Assembly: GCA_903994365.1 (NCBI GenBank)
Contig: CAJEXL010000001.1
Location: 103,419-167,418, forward strand
Source: an uncultured Chlorobiaceae bacterium
GTDB lineage: Bacteria > Bacteroidota > Chlorobiia > Chlorobiales > Chlorobiaceae
Direction: 5' to 3'
Length of the DNA stretch: 64,000 bases
The position numbers were made by a program, and so were the translations under genes. This document shows, piece after piece, positions 7,663-21,932 of this stretch. The notes under the pieces were generated by a model. That model worked only from the letters and a program-made list of their open reading frames with translations. It did not search any database and was not told the origin of the DNA. Each line of letters begins with the position of its first letter. The first letter of the stretch is position 1.

Positions 7663-9159
7663 ATGTCAGAAAATGTTCAGGTCGGGGGTATGCAGGAGGT
7701 ATTCATACAATTGAAAGGCAAGACATTAAAAGATGTTGAGCGGTCGATAGCGTCCGTTGAGAGTATCGGCGGGCGCGTTACGCACGTCTTTCCTCCTGGC
7801 ATTATGGTGGCATCTGTTCCATCAGTAAAGGTAAAATTATTACGGCGCCGCGCAGGAGTGATATCGGTAGAAACCGGCACGATTGCGAAGGGGGGGCTGA
7901 AAGATCTTGGTCATGAACTGGATCTGGCAATTGATGCGTGGAACAACCATATTGGGGCAGAACGGAGGACAAGGGCGATTGAAAGCCCCTTGCTCGACAA
8001 ATCCTGGGATACAAACAAGTTTCTGCCGCCTGATCCTCCTGCAGAGGTCATGGCAGAGTTGAGGAGGCGTGATGCCGAATTGGCTCCTGCACAGGCAAAA
8101 GGGCCAGCAGGCGCACCAAACATGAACATTCCTGTTTTGGTTGGGAGGGTCGTCGTGGGCATCGTTTTTGTTGACAGTACCATTGCCCAGTATAAAATAA
8201 CAGATGCTGAAAAGTCAAAGATTATCTCGGAAACAACAGAGGGGCTCAACATGCTGTCAAGCTTTGAGCCGAATGCGAATATTCAGTGGGTCTACGATTT
8301 CAAGCGACCCAAAATAAACCTCCAAAGCGGAAGCTTCCCTGCTGCAAACCAGAATGGCTGGGAAGACACGTGGCGAAATGCCGCTGTGGCTGCAATGGGT
8401 TATTCTGCCGATATCAACGGAATGAATAGTTACATAAACAGCATAAAGGTCGCCAATAATGCGCAATGGGCCTATGCTCTCTTTGTGACGAAGTATCCTA
8501 AAGTCTGGTTTGCGTACTATTGGGGCAATCATGTCGTTATGGACTTTGCTGTTGACGGTTGGGGAATTGACAATTTCAATCTTGTTGTCGCTCATGAAAC
8601 CGGTCACGTTTTTGGGTGCGGGGATGAATATGCTGCCAGTGGATGCACCTGTACAAGTCTCCATGGACGCTACCAGGTGAAGAATGGAAATTGCGAAAAC
8701 TGTGCGCCGGTCTCCATTCCATGCCTGATGAAGTCTAATTCGCAAGCGGTTTGTGACTATACCAGAGGACAGCTTGGCTGGAACGAGCTTGCAATAAAAT
8801 CACGGGGTGCCACCACTTTTAAGGGCACGTGGACATTCGACTTGGATAGTGGCGTACAAGGCCCGGCTTCTGGTGCAGATCTGTGGTGGGAGCAGGTAAA
8901 TACCGTTACGCGCTATCTTGTTCCGCAAAGCGGTGCGATGCTTGCAAATCTTGGAGCAGTTAATTTTGATGCGCTAAGCCGTCAAACCCTCATGACGAAA
9001 GCATATACAGCAACACCTGTCAATGGGAGCAATAACGCTTCAAACAAATTGACACCGGGAACCGTCATTGCCATCAAAACCAATGCTGGCCGTTATGCCA
9101 AAATGCGTATTGATACCTATGGCTACAACCTGGGTATTACCTGGGTAACCTACAAATAA
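7663..9159 (+). CDS. zinc metalloprotease (HExxHxxGxxD) with I9-like N-terminal prodomain and C-terminal beta domain
   Basis: AHETGHVFGCGDEY zinc motif, Cys-rich segment, CLM candidate Met-turn; GGAG RBS; no signal peptide visible. Confidence 0.8.
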   Translation: MSENVQVGGMQEVFIQLKGKTLKDVERSIASVESIGGRVTHVFPPGIMVASVPSVKVKLLRRRAGVISVETGTIAKGGLKDLGHELDLAIDAWNNHIGAERRTRAIESPLLDKSWDTNKFLPPDPPAEVMAELRRRDAELAPAQAKGPAGAPNMNIPVLVGRVVVGIVFVDSTIAQYKITDAEKSKIISETTEGLNMLSSFEPNANIQWVYDFKRPKINLQSGSFPAANQNGWEDTWRNAAVAAMGYSADINGMNSYINSIKVANNAQWAYALFVTKYPKVWFAYYWGNHVVMDFAVDGWGIDNFNLVVAHETGHVFGCGDEYAASGCTCTSLHGRYQVKNGNCENCAPVSIPCLMKSNSQAVCDYTRGQLGWNELAIKSRGATTFKGTWTFDLDSGVQGPASGADLWWEQVNTVTRYLVPQSGAMLANLGAVNFDALSRQTLMTKAYTATPVNGSNNASNKLTPGTVIAIKTNAGRYAKMRIDTYGYNLGITWVTYK

Positions 9160-9230
9160 AAAACAGCCGATCTATGAACAAGAGGTTGTGAACTTTATCA
9201 GCGTGGTTGCGATTATGGGGGGAAGGTGCT

Positions 9231-9689
9231 ATGGCAGGACAAGAAAATACCAGTCATTTGATTGATGCCTTCCTCCTTGTGAAGGGAGATGCGATGGATC
9301 TGTTTGAGCAGTTGTCGCGGGAGATAGAGGCTGTTTACGGGAGTGTTCGTCATGTATTTTTACACCGAATTATCTTTGCATCTCTTCCCGCAGACAAGGT
9401 AGCGGCTCTTCGGGAAAGTCCTGTTCTTGCGTTGTTGACAACAGATGAGATTGTCGAGCCCCTGCCCCCATTATTAGCAGCGGATGAATTTTTGGACATT
9501 ATCCCGATTTGGAATAAACTGCTGAGAGTAAAGCGCGATAGTGCGCACAACAGAGCAACCGATAAAGACCTTTCGTGGGATGCAGAGGGCCATCTGCCTC
9601 CGGATCCTCCAACTCAAATCAAGGAAATGATGAGAGAGTGGGAAAATGAGATGAACAACGCTGCTGATAACAAAAAAAAGTACCTTTGA
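9231..9689 (+). CDS. stand-alone paralog of the upstream protease prodomain (putative inhibitor or chaperone)
   Basis: Aligns with residues ~10-135 of 7663..9159 (V.HVF...I..AS.P..KV..LR; WN; SWD....LPPDPP); ATG 9231 follows GGAAGG. Confidence 0.75.
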   Translation: MAGQENTSHLIDAFLLVKGDAMDLFEQLSREIEAVYGSVRHVFLHRIIFASLPADKVAALRESPVLALLTTDEIVEPLPPLLAADEFLDIIPIWNKLLRVKRDSAHNRATDKDLSWDAEGHLPPDPPTQIKEMMREWENEMNNAADNKKKYL

Positions 9690-9709
9690 AAAGAAAGATG
9701 TAACCTGCC

Positions 9710-10330
9710 ATGATCACCGACTACGAATGGCCTCTTTGGAGAGACGCAAAGCTGATCTGTGGCATTGACGAGGCAGGCCGGGGGCCTCTTGCCGGGCCGG
9801 TAGTGGCTGCTGCGGTTATCTTTCCCCGCTTTTTCAGAGCTGGCGGCACTGTTCTGGAGCTGCTGAATGATTCCAAGCAACTCTCAGCGAGAGAGAGAAC
9901 TATGTTGGCTCCTGCAATCAAAAAAGCAGCGGCATGCTGGGCCGTCGCTGAGGTTGAGCACGACATCATTGACCGCATCAACATTCTTCAGGCTACCATG
10001 CTCGCCATGAATGATGCCGTCATCTCATTACCAACCAGGCCTGATCTCCTGCTTGTGGATGGCAACAGGTTCAAAACAGATCTCTCCATTCCGTATCAAA
10101 CCATTGTCAAGGGCGACTCAAAAGTTTTTTCGATTGCTGCGGCATCAGTGCTGGCCAAAACGCACCGCGACGAGCTGATGGTGGCCTATGGCACCCAATA
10201 CCCGCACTATGGCTTTGAACGCCATGCAGGCTACGCCACCAGAGCACACGTTGAGGCAATCAGGCAGCATGGACGATGCCCGATTCACCGTCTGAGTTTC
10301 AAGCTTCGCCAACTGGGCGAAAAGCCATGA
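9710..10330 (+). CDS. rnhB: ribonuclease HII
   Basis: [34 protein letters not shown] motifs. Confidence 0.97.
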   Translation: MITDYEWPLWRDAKLICGIDEAGRGPLAGPVVAAAVIFPRFFRAGGTVLELLNDSKQLSARERTMLAPAIKKAAACWAVAEVEHDIIDRINILQATMLAMNDAVISLPTRPDLLLVDGNRFKTDLSIPYQTIVKGDSKVFSIAAASVLAKTHRDELMVAYGTQYPHYGFERHAGYATRAHVEAIRQHGRCPIHRLSFKLRQLGEKP

Positions 10331-10719
10331 AGGTCACCTACGATCCGCATCTGCTCGGGCCAAAAGGTGAGCAGATTGCTGCCAACTATCTGGCAGAGAA
10401 CGGTTATCGAATCATTAAGCGCAATTACCGATTTCATCGGAATGAAATTGACATCATTGCCCTGCACCACAAGACGCTCTGCTTTGTTGAGGTGAAAACC
10501 AGATTCTCCTCTTCCAAAGGGCATCCTGCTGAAGCGGTGACATTGCAGAAGCAGCGGGAGATCATCAAGGCCGCCCGAGCCTATCTTGCGTTATCCGGTG
10601 ACATGGAGAGCGATTGCCGCTTCGATGTGGTTGCAATTCTGATACAGGGAATGGAAGAAAACAGGATAGACTCTTTCAGCGTTGAACATTTCGTGGACGC
10701 ATTCTGGTCGAGCTTTTGA
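10327..10719 (+). CDS. yraN: YraN family putative endonuclease (UPF0102)
   Basis: G..GE..AA.YL, EIDII, FVEVKTR, RFDVVAI; ATGA overlap with the rnhB stop. Confidence 0.92.
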   Translation: MKVTYDPHLLGPKGEQIAANYLAENGYRIIKRNYRFHRNEIDIIALHHKTLCFVEVKTRFSSSKGHPAEAVTLQKQREIIKAARAYLALSGDMESDCRFDVVAILIQGMEENRIDSFSVEHFVDAFWSSF

Positions 10720-10740
10720 ATGAGGGAAGAGCAAGCATAA

Positions 10741-14079
<3,339 letters not shown>

Positions 14080-14111
14080 TAGTTGTTGTTAATCCACAGC
14101 GCCTTACATGG

Positions 14112-14140
14112 CTCTCTTTGACTCGCAAGATCAAAGAGAG
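14112..14140. terminator. hairpin between secF and surA
   Basis: CTCTCTTTGA ... TCAAAGAGAG inverted repeat just after the secF stop; no clear U-tract. Confidence 0.4.
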
Positions 14141-14143
14141 GAG

Positions 14144-15079
14144 TCAGGCCGCCTTGCTTCCTCTCAGACGAACCGAGCTTTTGGTAAGATGAAGCCAGTC
14201 ATAGACAAGAGGTGCGGCGACAAAGATCGAAGAATAGGTGCCGATCAGAATTCCTGAAAATACAGCAAAAGCAAAGCCTCTGATTGCCGGCCCTGCAAAG
14301 ATAAAGAGAACAAAAACAGAGAGGAGCACAGTTCCTGAGGTTATAATTGTCCGGCTGAGCGTCTGGTTCATGCTTTCGTTAAAAATTCTTTCGTAGTCAG
14401 ATGGTTTCTGACCCCGTATTCTCTCCCTGATACGGTCATAAACCACAACGGTGTCGGTAATGGAGTAGCCTGCTATCGTCAGAAAAGCGGCGATAATGCT
14501 CTGATCCATTTCAAGCGGCATGAATGGGAATAACCCGCCAAGAATACTGAAAAGGCCAAGAACAGTCAGGATATCGTGAAAAATTGCAATCACCCCGGTT
14601 GTTGCAAATTTTATTTCAAACCGGATTCCTACATAAAGAAGAATCGCCAAAAGTGAAGCCAGAAGCGCCTTGATGGCCGACCATTTCAGATCAGATGCTA
14701 TGCTTGGGCCAACGGCATCAATGCGAACAATCTCATGACGATTTCCCTTGATTCGTTCATTGAGGGCATTGCTCACCAATGACTTGAGTTCCCCTGTATC
14801 ACCCTGAAAAACAGTGCTGAAGAGAAATGAACGATCCATTCCATACTGCTTCAGTGTACCAGAAACACCTGCCGCATCAAGCACCGAACGAATTTGTCCG
14901 ACATCTGCGTTTTTCTCAAACCGTATCACAACTTCTGAACCACCCCTGAAATCAATTCCATAGTTCAGTCCTCTTGTGGCCAGAGAGACCATGCCAGCAA
15001 CAAGCAGAATGATAGAAAAACCGTAAGCAATTTTGCGATGCTTGATAAAGTTGAAGTTGGTCTTCTGAAAGATCCTCAT
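14144..15079 (-). CDS. secF: protein translocase subunit SecF
   Basis: GIDFRGG, VGPS, LTIAGYS..DTVVVYDRIRE, TLSRTIITS, GTYSSIF. Confidence 0.96.
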   Translation of the reverse strand: MRIFQKTNFNFIKHRKIAYGFSIILLVAGMVSLATRGLNYGIDFRGGSEVVIRFEKNADVGQIRSVLDAAGVSGTLKQYGMDRSFLFSTVFQGDTGELKSLVSNALNERIKGNRHEIVRIDAVGPSIASDLKWSAIKALLASLLAILLYVGIRFEIKFATTGVIAIFHDILTVLGLFSILGGLFPFMPLEMDQSIIAAFLTIAGYSITDTVVVYDRIRERIRGQKPSDYERIFNESMNQTLSRTIITSGTVLLSVFVLFIFAGPAIRGFAFAVFSGILIGTYSSIFVAAPLVYDWLHLTKSSVRLRGSKAA

Positions 15080-15100
15080 GGGTTGAAACGTCTTGAACTA

Positions 15101-16972
15101 TTAACCGAAACTTTTTTCTGACATAAGATTTTTGGCCAGCAGCAGATGGAATATCTCCCTGGTCACTACAATTGCCGTAAACAAGCTTGCCGAGGTTCCG
15201 ATCATCAGGGTAACGGCAAATCCCTGAATCGGTCCTATACCGTAAGTATAGAGCAGAAAGGCCGCTGAGAGGGTTGTCACATGTGAGTCAAGAATTGAGG
15301 AAAAGGCCCGGTCATACCCCTGTGTGACGGCTGTGAGCACACCTTTTCCTTCAGCAAGCTCTTCCCGTATACGCTCATAGATAAGGACGTTGGCATCAAC
15401 AGCCATACCAATGGTGAGCACTATGCCGGCAATACCCGGCAAGGAAAGTGATGCGTTAAACCCTGCAAGGACGGAGAGCACAATAAGGATATTGAGTACC
15501 AGCGCTATATCGGCGGCAATACCTGCTTTCTTGTAGTAGACAAGCATAAAGACTGAGACGGCAAAGAATGCCCAGCCGAGTGACTGTATCCCCGCACGAA
15601 TATAATCGGCACCAAGTGATGGTCCGACGCTTCGCTCTTCAGTAATTCTGACAGGCGCAGGAAGCGCACCGGCTTTCAGTACAATTTCCAGATCTTTTGC
15701 CTCTTCAAGACTCTCGATACCGTTGATCACTGAATTTCCGTTGGGAATTTTTGATTGTACCACGGGAGCGCTGTAGACCGCGCCATCAAGCACAATCGCA
15801 ATACGCTTTCCGATGTTCGCCCCGGTAATACGGGCCCATTTTGAGGTACCTTCCGTGTTCATCGACATCATAACCTCTGGCTGTACTCCCTCGGAGCCAA
15901 AGGTAGCTTTTGCCTCAGTAATGACTCCGCCCGTCAACTCCGGCCCCTTTTTGACAAGGTAGATTGAGTAGAGCTTTTCACCAGTTTTGCCAACCTCAGG
16001 TTTGGCAGCAAGAAGCAGTTCCGTATCCATTGGCAGCAGCGCCTGTATGTCGCTGCGACGCAACAAAGACAAAACATACTCCCTGGAGCGCTCAGCAGTA
16101 TAGGCTGTTCCGTTCTGGGAGATACCAACAACATCATAAAGAGGGTTGGCTGTTGTCGGCTTGCCTGCAGGAGCCACAGGCTCTGTGGCTGACAATGACG
16201 TGGGCAATGGGACTGCTGTTGATGCCGATGTTGAATCTGTCGCTCTCCCCTCTTGCGGAGGGGCACTATTCTGAGCAAGCCAGGAGTTTATCCTGTCAAG
16301 CGTCCTGACCATCACTTCAGGTTCACGAAGAAGTCTGAATTCAAGCTTGGCCGTCCCTTTTAAAAGATTTCTCACGCGGCTCTCATCGGAAACACCTGGA
16401 AGTTCTATAATAATCTTCCGGCTTCCCTGTGTGGTAATGACCGGTTCGGCAACACCATACTGGTCAATACGATTACGGATAATCTCCTTTGCGCGGCCAA
16501 GCGCATCAACAGACTCCTTCTCCAGTTTTGAAACTATCTCCTGATCGCTGTTGCGAATATCATAAAAATATCGGCTTAAACGAATATTCTCTCTCCTGAA
16601 TTCAGCAAGCAGCAGATCAATAATCCGCTCATCGCTCTTGGCGGCATTTGCTCTCACCATCTGCATGATAGCAGTAAACTTTGCATCTTTATTCCATGCT
16701 TTTTGTTCGAACAGATCAACCTGATCAACCTCCATAACCAGATGCATTCCCCCTCTCAAATCAAGGCCGAGCTTCAAACTTTTTTTTCGGGCATCCTCAA
16801 TCTCTTCGCGGTGACTCAGTGCATATTTCAGACTGTCCTGTGACGACCCAAAACTATCGATCTGCCTGGTAAGGGAGTAGTCACGCCAGGTTGGCCATAA
16901 CGACCACAATGACACAAGGGTGACAACAACGATAAGAAGAAGGTTAAAACGTTTATTTTTCATTGATGACAT
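15101..16972 (-). CDS. secD: protein translocase subunit SecD
   Basis: [49 protein letters not shown]; start taken at ATG 16972 (16963 also possible). Confidence 0.96.
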   Translation of the reverse strand: MSSMKNKRFNLLLIVVVTLVSLWSLWPTWRDYSLTRQIDSFGSSQDSLKYALSHREEIEDARKKSLKLGLDLRGGMHLVMEVDQVDLFEQKAWNKDAKFTAIMQMVRANAAKSDERIIDLLLAEFRRENIRLSRYFYDIRNSDQEIVSKLEKESVDALGRAKEIIRNRIDQYGVAEPVITTQGSRKIIIELPGVSDESRVRNLLKGTAKLEFRLLREPEVMVRTLDRINSWLAQNSAPPQEGRATDSTSASTAVPLPTSLSATEPVAPAGKPTTANPLYDVVGISQNGTAYTAERSREYVLSLLRRSDIQALLPMDTELLLAAKPEVGKTGEKLYSIYLVKKGPELTGGVITEAKATFGSEGVQPEVMMSMNTEGTSKWARITGANIGKRIAIVLDGAVYSAPVVQSKIPNGNSVINGIESLEEAKDLEIVLKAGALPAPVRITEERSVGPSLGADYIRAGIQSLGWAFFAVSVFMLVYYKKAGIAADIALVLNILIVLSVLAGFNASLSLPGIAGIVLTIGMAVDANVLIYERIREELAEGKGVLTAVTQGYDRAFSSILDSHVTTLSAAFLLYTYGIGPIQGFAVTLMIGTSASLFTAIVVTREIFHLLLAKNLMSEKSFG

Positions 16973-17075
16973 CGCGTTTCGCTCGAAAGAAATACTTGTG
17001 CCAATATATAAAACGGGGTATTGATTAGCTAACAATCTGCATTCAGCAGAATAACAATAGAAATAATGCCGGCAT

Positions 17076-17114
17076 AACGCAAAAAGCCCGACATGCTGCC
17101 GGGCTTTTTGCGTT
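17076..17114. terminator. intrinsic terminator after fccB (bidirectional form)
   Basis: AACGCAAAAAGCCCG-N9-CGGGCTTTTTGCGTT perfect inverted repeat. Confidence 0.85.
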
Positions 17115-17137
17115 TGAACGTGTTCTATAGTAGTGCA

Positions 17138-18436
17138 TTAACCCCATGTATCCAGAGAGATATTCTGATACCAGCCTTGAGCAAACATTGCCTCTTGAGC
17201 AAGGTGGTTGTCATCGGCATCGATGGGGGTGATACCACCAGCATCCTTGATTTCCACAATTCCCTCCGCAGCAAGCTTGTAAACGCCAGCGACTGAAATA
17301 CCATAGTTTTCAGCAAGCAGGCTATAACAGGTGTTAACCAGAGACGGTGCCGCAGGAACCTTGCCCTGAAACAGTCTGACAATGGCGGCAGCAGCCACTT
17401 TCCCCTGACTGCTCGCAGCAAATCCTGATTTTGGCATAGCCCCGGCAGCGGATGCGTCACCAATCACATGAATTCCTGGATGAAGGGTTGATTCAAAGGA
17501 GACAGGATTGATCGGGCACCATCCCGTCGCATCAGTAAGGCTTGCATCAACGGCTATTTTACCGGCTCTCTGTGCAGGAATCAGATTGATGACATCCCCT
17601 TTTTCCACGCCGAATTCGGTCGTAACCGTCATAGTTCCAGCATCAACTTTGGTAATTTTTCCACCCATAACATTGGAGCGCCACTCAATCATTCCAGGAT
17701 AAAGCCGCTCCCATCCTTTCTTGAATAGCCCCTGTTTGGAGAACTTGTCCTTTGCGTCAAAAATGATAACCTTTGAGAGTGGCTTGTTTGCCTTGAGGTA
17801 AGCAGCAATAAGACTGGCCCGTTCGTACGGCCCAGGAGGGCATCTGAATGGATTGGCTGGGGGACAGATGAACACCCTCCCTCCATCTTTCATGTCAAGG
17901 AGTTGTTTATGCAGCAGGATTGTCTGCGATCCAGCCTGCCACGCATGAGGCATTTGAGTGTTCGCAACGGTTTCGCTATAGCCCTCAAGGAAATCCCATT
18001 TGAAATCAATACCAGGAGAAACAATCAGTCGATCGTAGGGCAGTGCCTTACCGCTTTTCAGTTTAACCGTATTTTTAGCTATATCAATTTCGGTAACTAC
18101 ATCTGCGACAATGTTGACCTGATATTTACTCTGAAGTACTGCATAAGTATGAGCAATATCATCCATGCTCTTCAATCCGCCGAGAACCCAATTACTTAAT
18201 GGACAGGTGTAATACACCGCTTTAGGCTCAACAAGAGTGACCTGAATGGAGGAATCCAGCTTTCTCAGATATTTAGCTGCCGATGCCCCTCCGAACCCCC
18301 CTCCAATGACCACAACTCTTTTGGTAGAGGCAAACGCACTTTTCGAGTTACCAAATAGACCAAGCGCCGAACCGGCAACACCTGTCAGGAGCAGCTTGTT
18401 AAAATCCCTGCGTGATAATTTATCATTCATAATCAT
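17138..18436 (-). CDS. fccB: flavocytochrome c sulfide dehydrogenase, flavoprotein subunit
   Basis: Tat signal [40 protein letters not shown]. Confidence 0.95.
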   Translation of the reverse strand: MIMNDKLSRRDFNKLLLTGVAGSALGLFGNSKSAFASTKRVVVIGGGFGGASAAKYLRKLDSSIQVTLVEPKAVYYTCPLSNWVLGGLKSMDDIAHTYAVLQSKYQVNIVADVVTEIDIAKNTVKLKSGKALPYDRLIVSPGIDFKWDFLEGYSETVANTQMPHAWQAGSQTILLHKQLLDMKDGGRVFICPPANPFRCPPGPYERASLIAAYLKANKPLSKVIIFDAKDKFSKQGLFKKGWERLYPGMIEWRSNVMGGKITKVDAGTMTVTTEFGVEKGDVINLIPAQRAGKIAVDASLTDATGWCPINPVSFESTLHPGIHVIGDASAAGAMPKSGFAASSQGKVAAAAIVRLFQGKVPAAPSLVNTCYSLLAENYGISVAGVYKLAAEGIVEIKDAGGITPIDADDNHLAQEAMFAQGWYQNISLDTWG

Positions 18437-18444
18437 TCTCCTGC

Positions 18445-18843
18445 TTATTTAGTGTTGGGCGAGACCGTTCCAAAATACTCAGCAATCAACTTCAATTCGT
18501 CATCGGTATAACCTTTGGCATGACGAGACATAACCGTTGAGGGGCGAGCACCTGTCTTGAATCCCTTCAATGCCGTTTCGATATATTCTGCAGAAAAGCT
18601 ATTAATCGAAGGAATTATTCCAACACTTTTTCCATCCGTACCATGACACGATGCACAGGAAAGTGAAAGAATCTGGCCTCGAGGACTGGATTCTGACTGG
18701 ATGACCGGAGCCTGTCTGGATGACCTGGAGCTTGCACTGCAATCAGCAGGCAACATACTGCCACCCGCAGAAATAACGGTAAAAAAGAGCGCACATACCG
18801 TCAGCCGTATTTCTTGTTTTACCGCCATAGCGTATTCCTCCAT
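18445..18843 (-). CDS. fccA: flavocytochrome c, monoheme cytochrome subunit
   Basis: Signal peptide, CASCH heme motif, TVM.RHAKGY; directly upstream of fccB. Confidence 0.92.
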   Translation of the reverse strand: MEEYAMAVKQEIRLTVCALFFTVISAGGSMLPADCSASSRSSRQAPVIQSESSPRGQILSLSCASCHGTDGKSVGIIPSINSFSAEYIETALKGFKTGARPSTVMSRHAKGYTDDELKLIAEYFGTVSPNTK

Positions 18844-18903
18844 AGTTATTTATAAAAATGAGATTAAACTATAAGACAACAAACCATTAAATGAGAGTAG
18901 CCT

Positions 18904-19212
18904 CTATTGAACAACCGCTTCTGCTGTAAACAGCTCATTTCGATTATCAAGAAAGGCAACGTTCAATACATCACCTTTTTTCCCGGGAAAACGAATCTGT
19001 AAAAATGGATCGGTGGAAACTGAAGGGCCAAGCTCAAGATCGAGAAGAGCAGCTCCATTAACTTTTACTGAACCCTCCCTTACAAAATGAGCAGGAACAA
19101 CAATACCCTGCTCATCTTTCCGGGTACCGGATTCATTTGGGTGAGGAATGATAATCTTAACCTGGACAATACCGCTCTCTTCTCTTGCAAGAATTCTTAC
19201 AATGCCACTCAT
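18904..19212 (-). CDS. soxZ: SoxZ-like sulfur carrier subunit
   Basis: HPNESG.RKD..G..VPAHFV and SVSTDPFL motifs; ATG at 19212. Confidence 0.85.
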   Translation of the reverse strand: MSGIVRILAREESGIVQVKIIIPHPNESGTRKDEQGIVVPAHFVREGSVKVNGAALLDLELGPSVSTDPFLQIRFPGKKGDVLNVAFLDNRNELFTAEAVVQ

Positions 19213-19289
19213 TGATGTAGAGATGTATAAAATAATTAGGAAACGGATCTTCCCCATCCCAAGCGGATGAGAAGGCACCCCTGAGTGAT

Positions 19290-19727
19290 TCAACAGGCCT
19301 GAGCCAACACATCGACGTGCACTGAAACCATAAAATAATTTTCGCCTTCCCTGACGACAGCATAAAGCGCTGAACTCTCTTTCATTTTGATGTTCAGGGA
19401 TAACCAGGGAAGAGCATTGCCCTTCATGGTGCACTTGAAAACCAGAGGTGTAATATTTTTTTCAACAAAAAGATAGATTTCATCACCCTTCAGGGATGAA
19501 ATAACCTGAACAGGTACCGCAGAGCCATCAGGGGCTACAGGTGGAGCGACAATTGTTATTTTATCTGACATTACCAGCTCTTTCGTTCCGAATGCGTTCA
19601 CGAAAGCTTGCTCGATTGTGCAACGTTGAAAGTTTTTTTCACTCCAGCTTGCAAGCAGACTTCTTGGCAGTAGAGGGAGAAAAGCCGAAAAAATGGCGCC
19701 TGTTGTAAAAAATTGCCTTCTTCTCAT
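19290..19727 (-). CDS. soxY: SoxY-like sulfur carrier with atypical C-terminus (..LAQAC)
   Basis: Tat signal MRRRQFF, I.AP.VA.DGSAVPV, FVEKN.TP, IKM.ESS; ends in Cys without GGCGG. Confidence 0.85.
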   Translation of the reverse strand: MRRRQFFTTGAIFSAFLPLLPRSLLASWSEKNFQRCTIEQAFVNAFGTKELVMSDKITIVAPPVAPDGSAVPVQVISSLKGDEIYLFVEKNITPLVFKCTMKGNALPWLSLNIKMKESSALYAVVREGENYFMVSVHVDVLAQAC

Positions 19728-19970
19728 AGTAACAGATGATTATAATATACAACAGCGTGCCGCGCAGGATCAGTAGAATATACACTATAACTGCACAGTT
19801 TAAGAAATTCATAGCACTATTGCAATGCCTATAAATAATTACGCAACAAATACGCTCGCTTGTTTACTGATTCAATTCAGAGAAAAGCTGAATAGTTCAT
19901 CCTGAATATCAGGAAGAAAGATGCAATTATGTGTATCTTTGATCTCAAAAACAGTAACTCAAAGAGTTAT

Positions 19971-19986
19971 TGTTTCACGTGAAACA
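19971..19986. other. parS centromere-like site
   Basis: Perfect TGTTTCACGTGAAACA palindrome. Confidence 0.93.
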
Positions 19987-19997
19987 ATCTACGATAC

Positions 19998-21863
19998 ATG
20001 TATAATGTTATAATTGTTGGGGCCGGTCACGCAGGATGCGAGTCCGCACTCGCAGCGGCACGAATGGGCTCTTCATGTCTTCTGATCTCTTCTGACCTCA
20101 CCGCAATAGCTCGCATGTCTTGTAATCCGGCTATTGGAGGAGTGGCGAAAGGACAAATCACCAGAGAAATAGATGCTCTTGGTGGTGAAATGGCAAAGGC
20201 AATAGATGCCACAGGTATACAATTCAGAATGTTGAACAGAAGCAAAGGGCCTGCCATGCACTCCCCAAGAGCACAGGCTGATCGTACTCAATACTCGCTC
20301 TACATGAAGAAAGTTATTGAGGAGGAGAAAAATATCGATCTTCTCCAGGATTCTGTAATCGGAATTGAGTGCGCAGGAAACTCATTCTCGGGCGTTAAAC
20401 TTTCATCGGGAAAAATCATTAACGGTGAATCAGCAATACTAACCTGTGGGACGTTCTTGAACGGATTGATCCATATCGGCATGAACCACTATGCCGGAGG
20501 GCGAACTATTGCTGAGCCTCCTGTCTATGGCCTCACTGAAAATCTCATTTCTTACGGGTTCAAGGCAGGGAGACTCAAAACAGGAACACCGCCTCGTATT
20601 GATGGGCGCAGTATTGACTATTCAAAAACTGAAGAACAACATGGAGATAAAGAGCCTGTCAATTTTTCATTTGCGACAAATATCCGCAGCAACCACCCTC
20701 AGATAAGCTGTTTTGCAACAAAAACAACCGCCACAACTCATGAAATACTGAAAAAAGGATTTGACAGATCACCTCTTTTTACTGGAAAAGTAAAAGGCAT
20801 CGGACCAAGATATTGCCCATCAATCGAAGACAAGATCTGTCGTTTTCCTGAAAAGCATAGCCATCACATATTTTTGGAACCTGAAGGATTTGACACCAAT
20901 GAGATGTATGTCAATGGCTTCTCAACATCCCTCCCTGAGGAGATTCAGTTAGAAGGCCTTCGCTCTATCCCTGGACTCAGTAATGTAAAAATGATTCGTC
21001 CGGGTTACGCGATAGAGTATGATTACTTTTTTCCGCATCAGATAAAACGAACTCTTGAAACAAAACTTGTCTCCAATCTCTACTTTGCCGGACAAATTAA
21101 TGGTACATCAGGATATGAAGAGGCTGCTGCACAAGGGCTCATGGCCGGGATCAATGCCTCACTTAAAAGAGAGAACCTTCCTCCCCTTCTTCTAAAACGA
21201 TCTGAAGCCTATATCGGAGTACTCATTGACGACCTTACAACAAAAGAAACCAACGAACCATATCGGATGTTCACCTCTTCTGCTGAACACCGACTTATGC
21301 TTCGTCATGACAATGCCGATCTTCGACTGCAGCACTTTGGCTCCCTGACAGGCTTGGTTAAAGAGAAGATTACAGGAAGATGTAAGGATAAAATTCGATG
21401 TATCAACGATCTTAAGCAGCTTTTGGTAACCACAAAGCTGCAACCTTCTGAAATAAATGCTCTCCTCTCACCACTTGGCTTCCCTTGTGTGAACGCATCT
21501 CAAAGTGCATCAAGCCTCCTGAAAAGACCAGGGGTCCATTTAACCATGCTGCTGGAGTCATCACTTACTTTTAAGGGTGCTGTATATGCAATCAGCGATG
21601 ACCACTTGGTCTATGAGCAAGTGGAGATTGATCTGAAATATGAAGGGTATTTGAAACGAGACCTTCTGATGGCTGAAAGGATATTGCGGCTGGAAGCGCA
21701 TCAAATACCGGCTCAATTCAAATATGATTCTGTCGCTGGCCTTTCAAGTGAAGCAAGGGAGAAACTTGCAAAACATCAGCCTGAGACTATTGGTCAGGCA
21801 TCAAGAATTCTTGGGGTATCGCCATCAGATGTATCCATCCTCATGATACATCTCGGTCGATAA
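19998..21863 (+). CDS. mnmG: tRNA uridine-5-carboxymethylaminomethyl modification enzyme MnmG (GidA)
   Basis: [53 protein letters not shown]. Confidence 0.98.
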   Translation: MYNVIIVGAGHAGCESALAAARMGSSCLLISSDLTAIARMSCNPAIGGVAKGQITREIDALGGEMAKAIDATGIQFRMLNRSKGPAMHSPRAQADRTQYSLYMKKVIEEEKNIDLLQDSVIGIECAGNSFSGVKLSSGKIINGESAILTCGTFLNGLIHIGMNHYAGGRTIAEPPVYGLTENLISYGFKAGRLKTGTPPRIDGRSIDYSKTEEQHGDKEPVNFSFATNIRSNHPQISCFATKTTATTHEILKKGFDRSPLFTGKVKGIGPRYCPSIEDKICRFPEKHSHHIFLEPEGFDTNEMYVNGFSTSLPEEIQLEGLRSIPGLSNVKMIRPGYAIEYDYFFPHQIKRTLETKLVSNLYFAGQINGTSGYEEAAAQGLMAGINASLKRENLPPLLLKRSEAYIGVLIDDLTTKETNEPYRMFTSSAEHRLMLRHDNADLRLQHFGSLTGLVKEKITGRCKDKIRCINDLKQLLVTTKLQPSEINALLSPLGFPCVNASQSASSLLKRPGVHLTMLLESSLTFKGAVYAISDDHLVYEQVEIDLKYEGYLKRDLLMAERILRLEAHQIPAQFKYDSVAGLSSEAREKLAKHQPETIGQASRILGVSPSDVSILMIHLGR

Positions 21864-21873
21864 TCGTATCATA

Positions 21874-21889
21874 AGTTTCACGTGAAACG
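21874..21889. other. parS centromere-like site
   Basis: aGTTTCACGTGAAACg, 14/16 match with a perfect palindromic core. Confidence 0.85.
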
Positions 21890-21932
21890 TATATTGTCAA
21901 AGAAGACATGCAACAAATTTTAAAAAGCAATC

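Noticed and set aside
19213-19434. N-terminal extension of the 176-aa soxZ ORF or a soxY-soxZ fusion
   Set aside because: It overlaps soxY in another frame; SoxZ similarity begins at ATG 19212 and soxY has its own stop.
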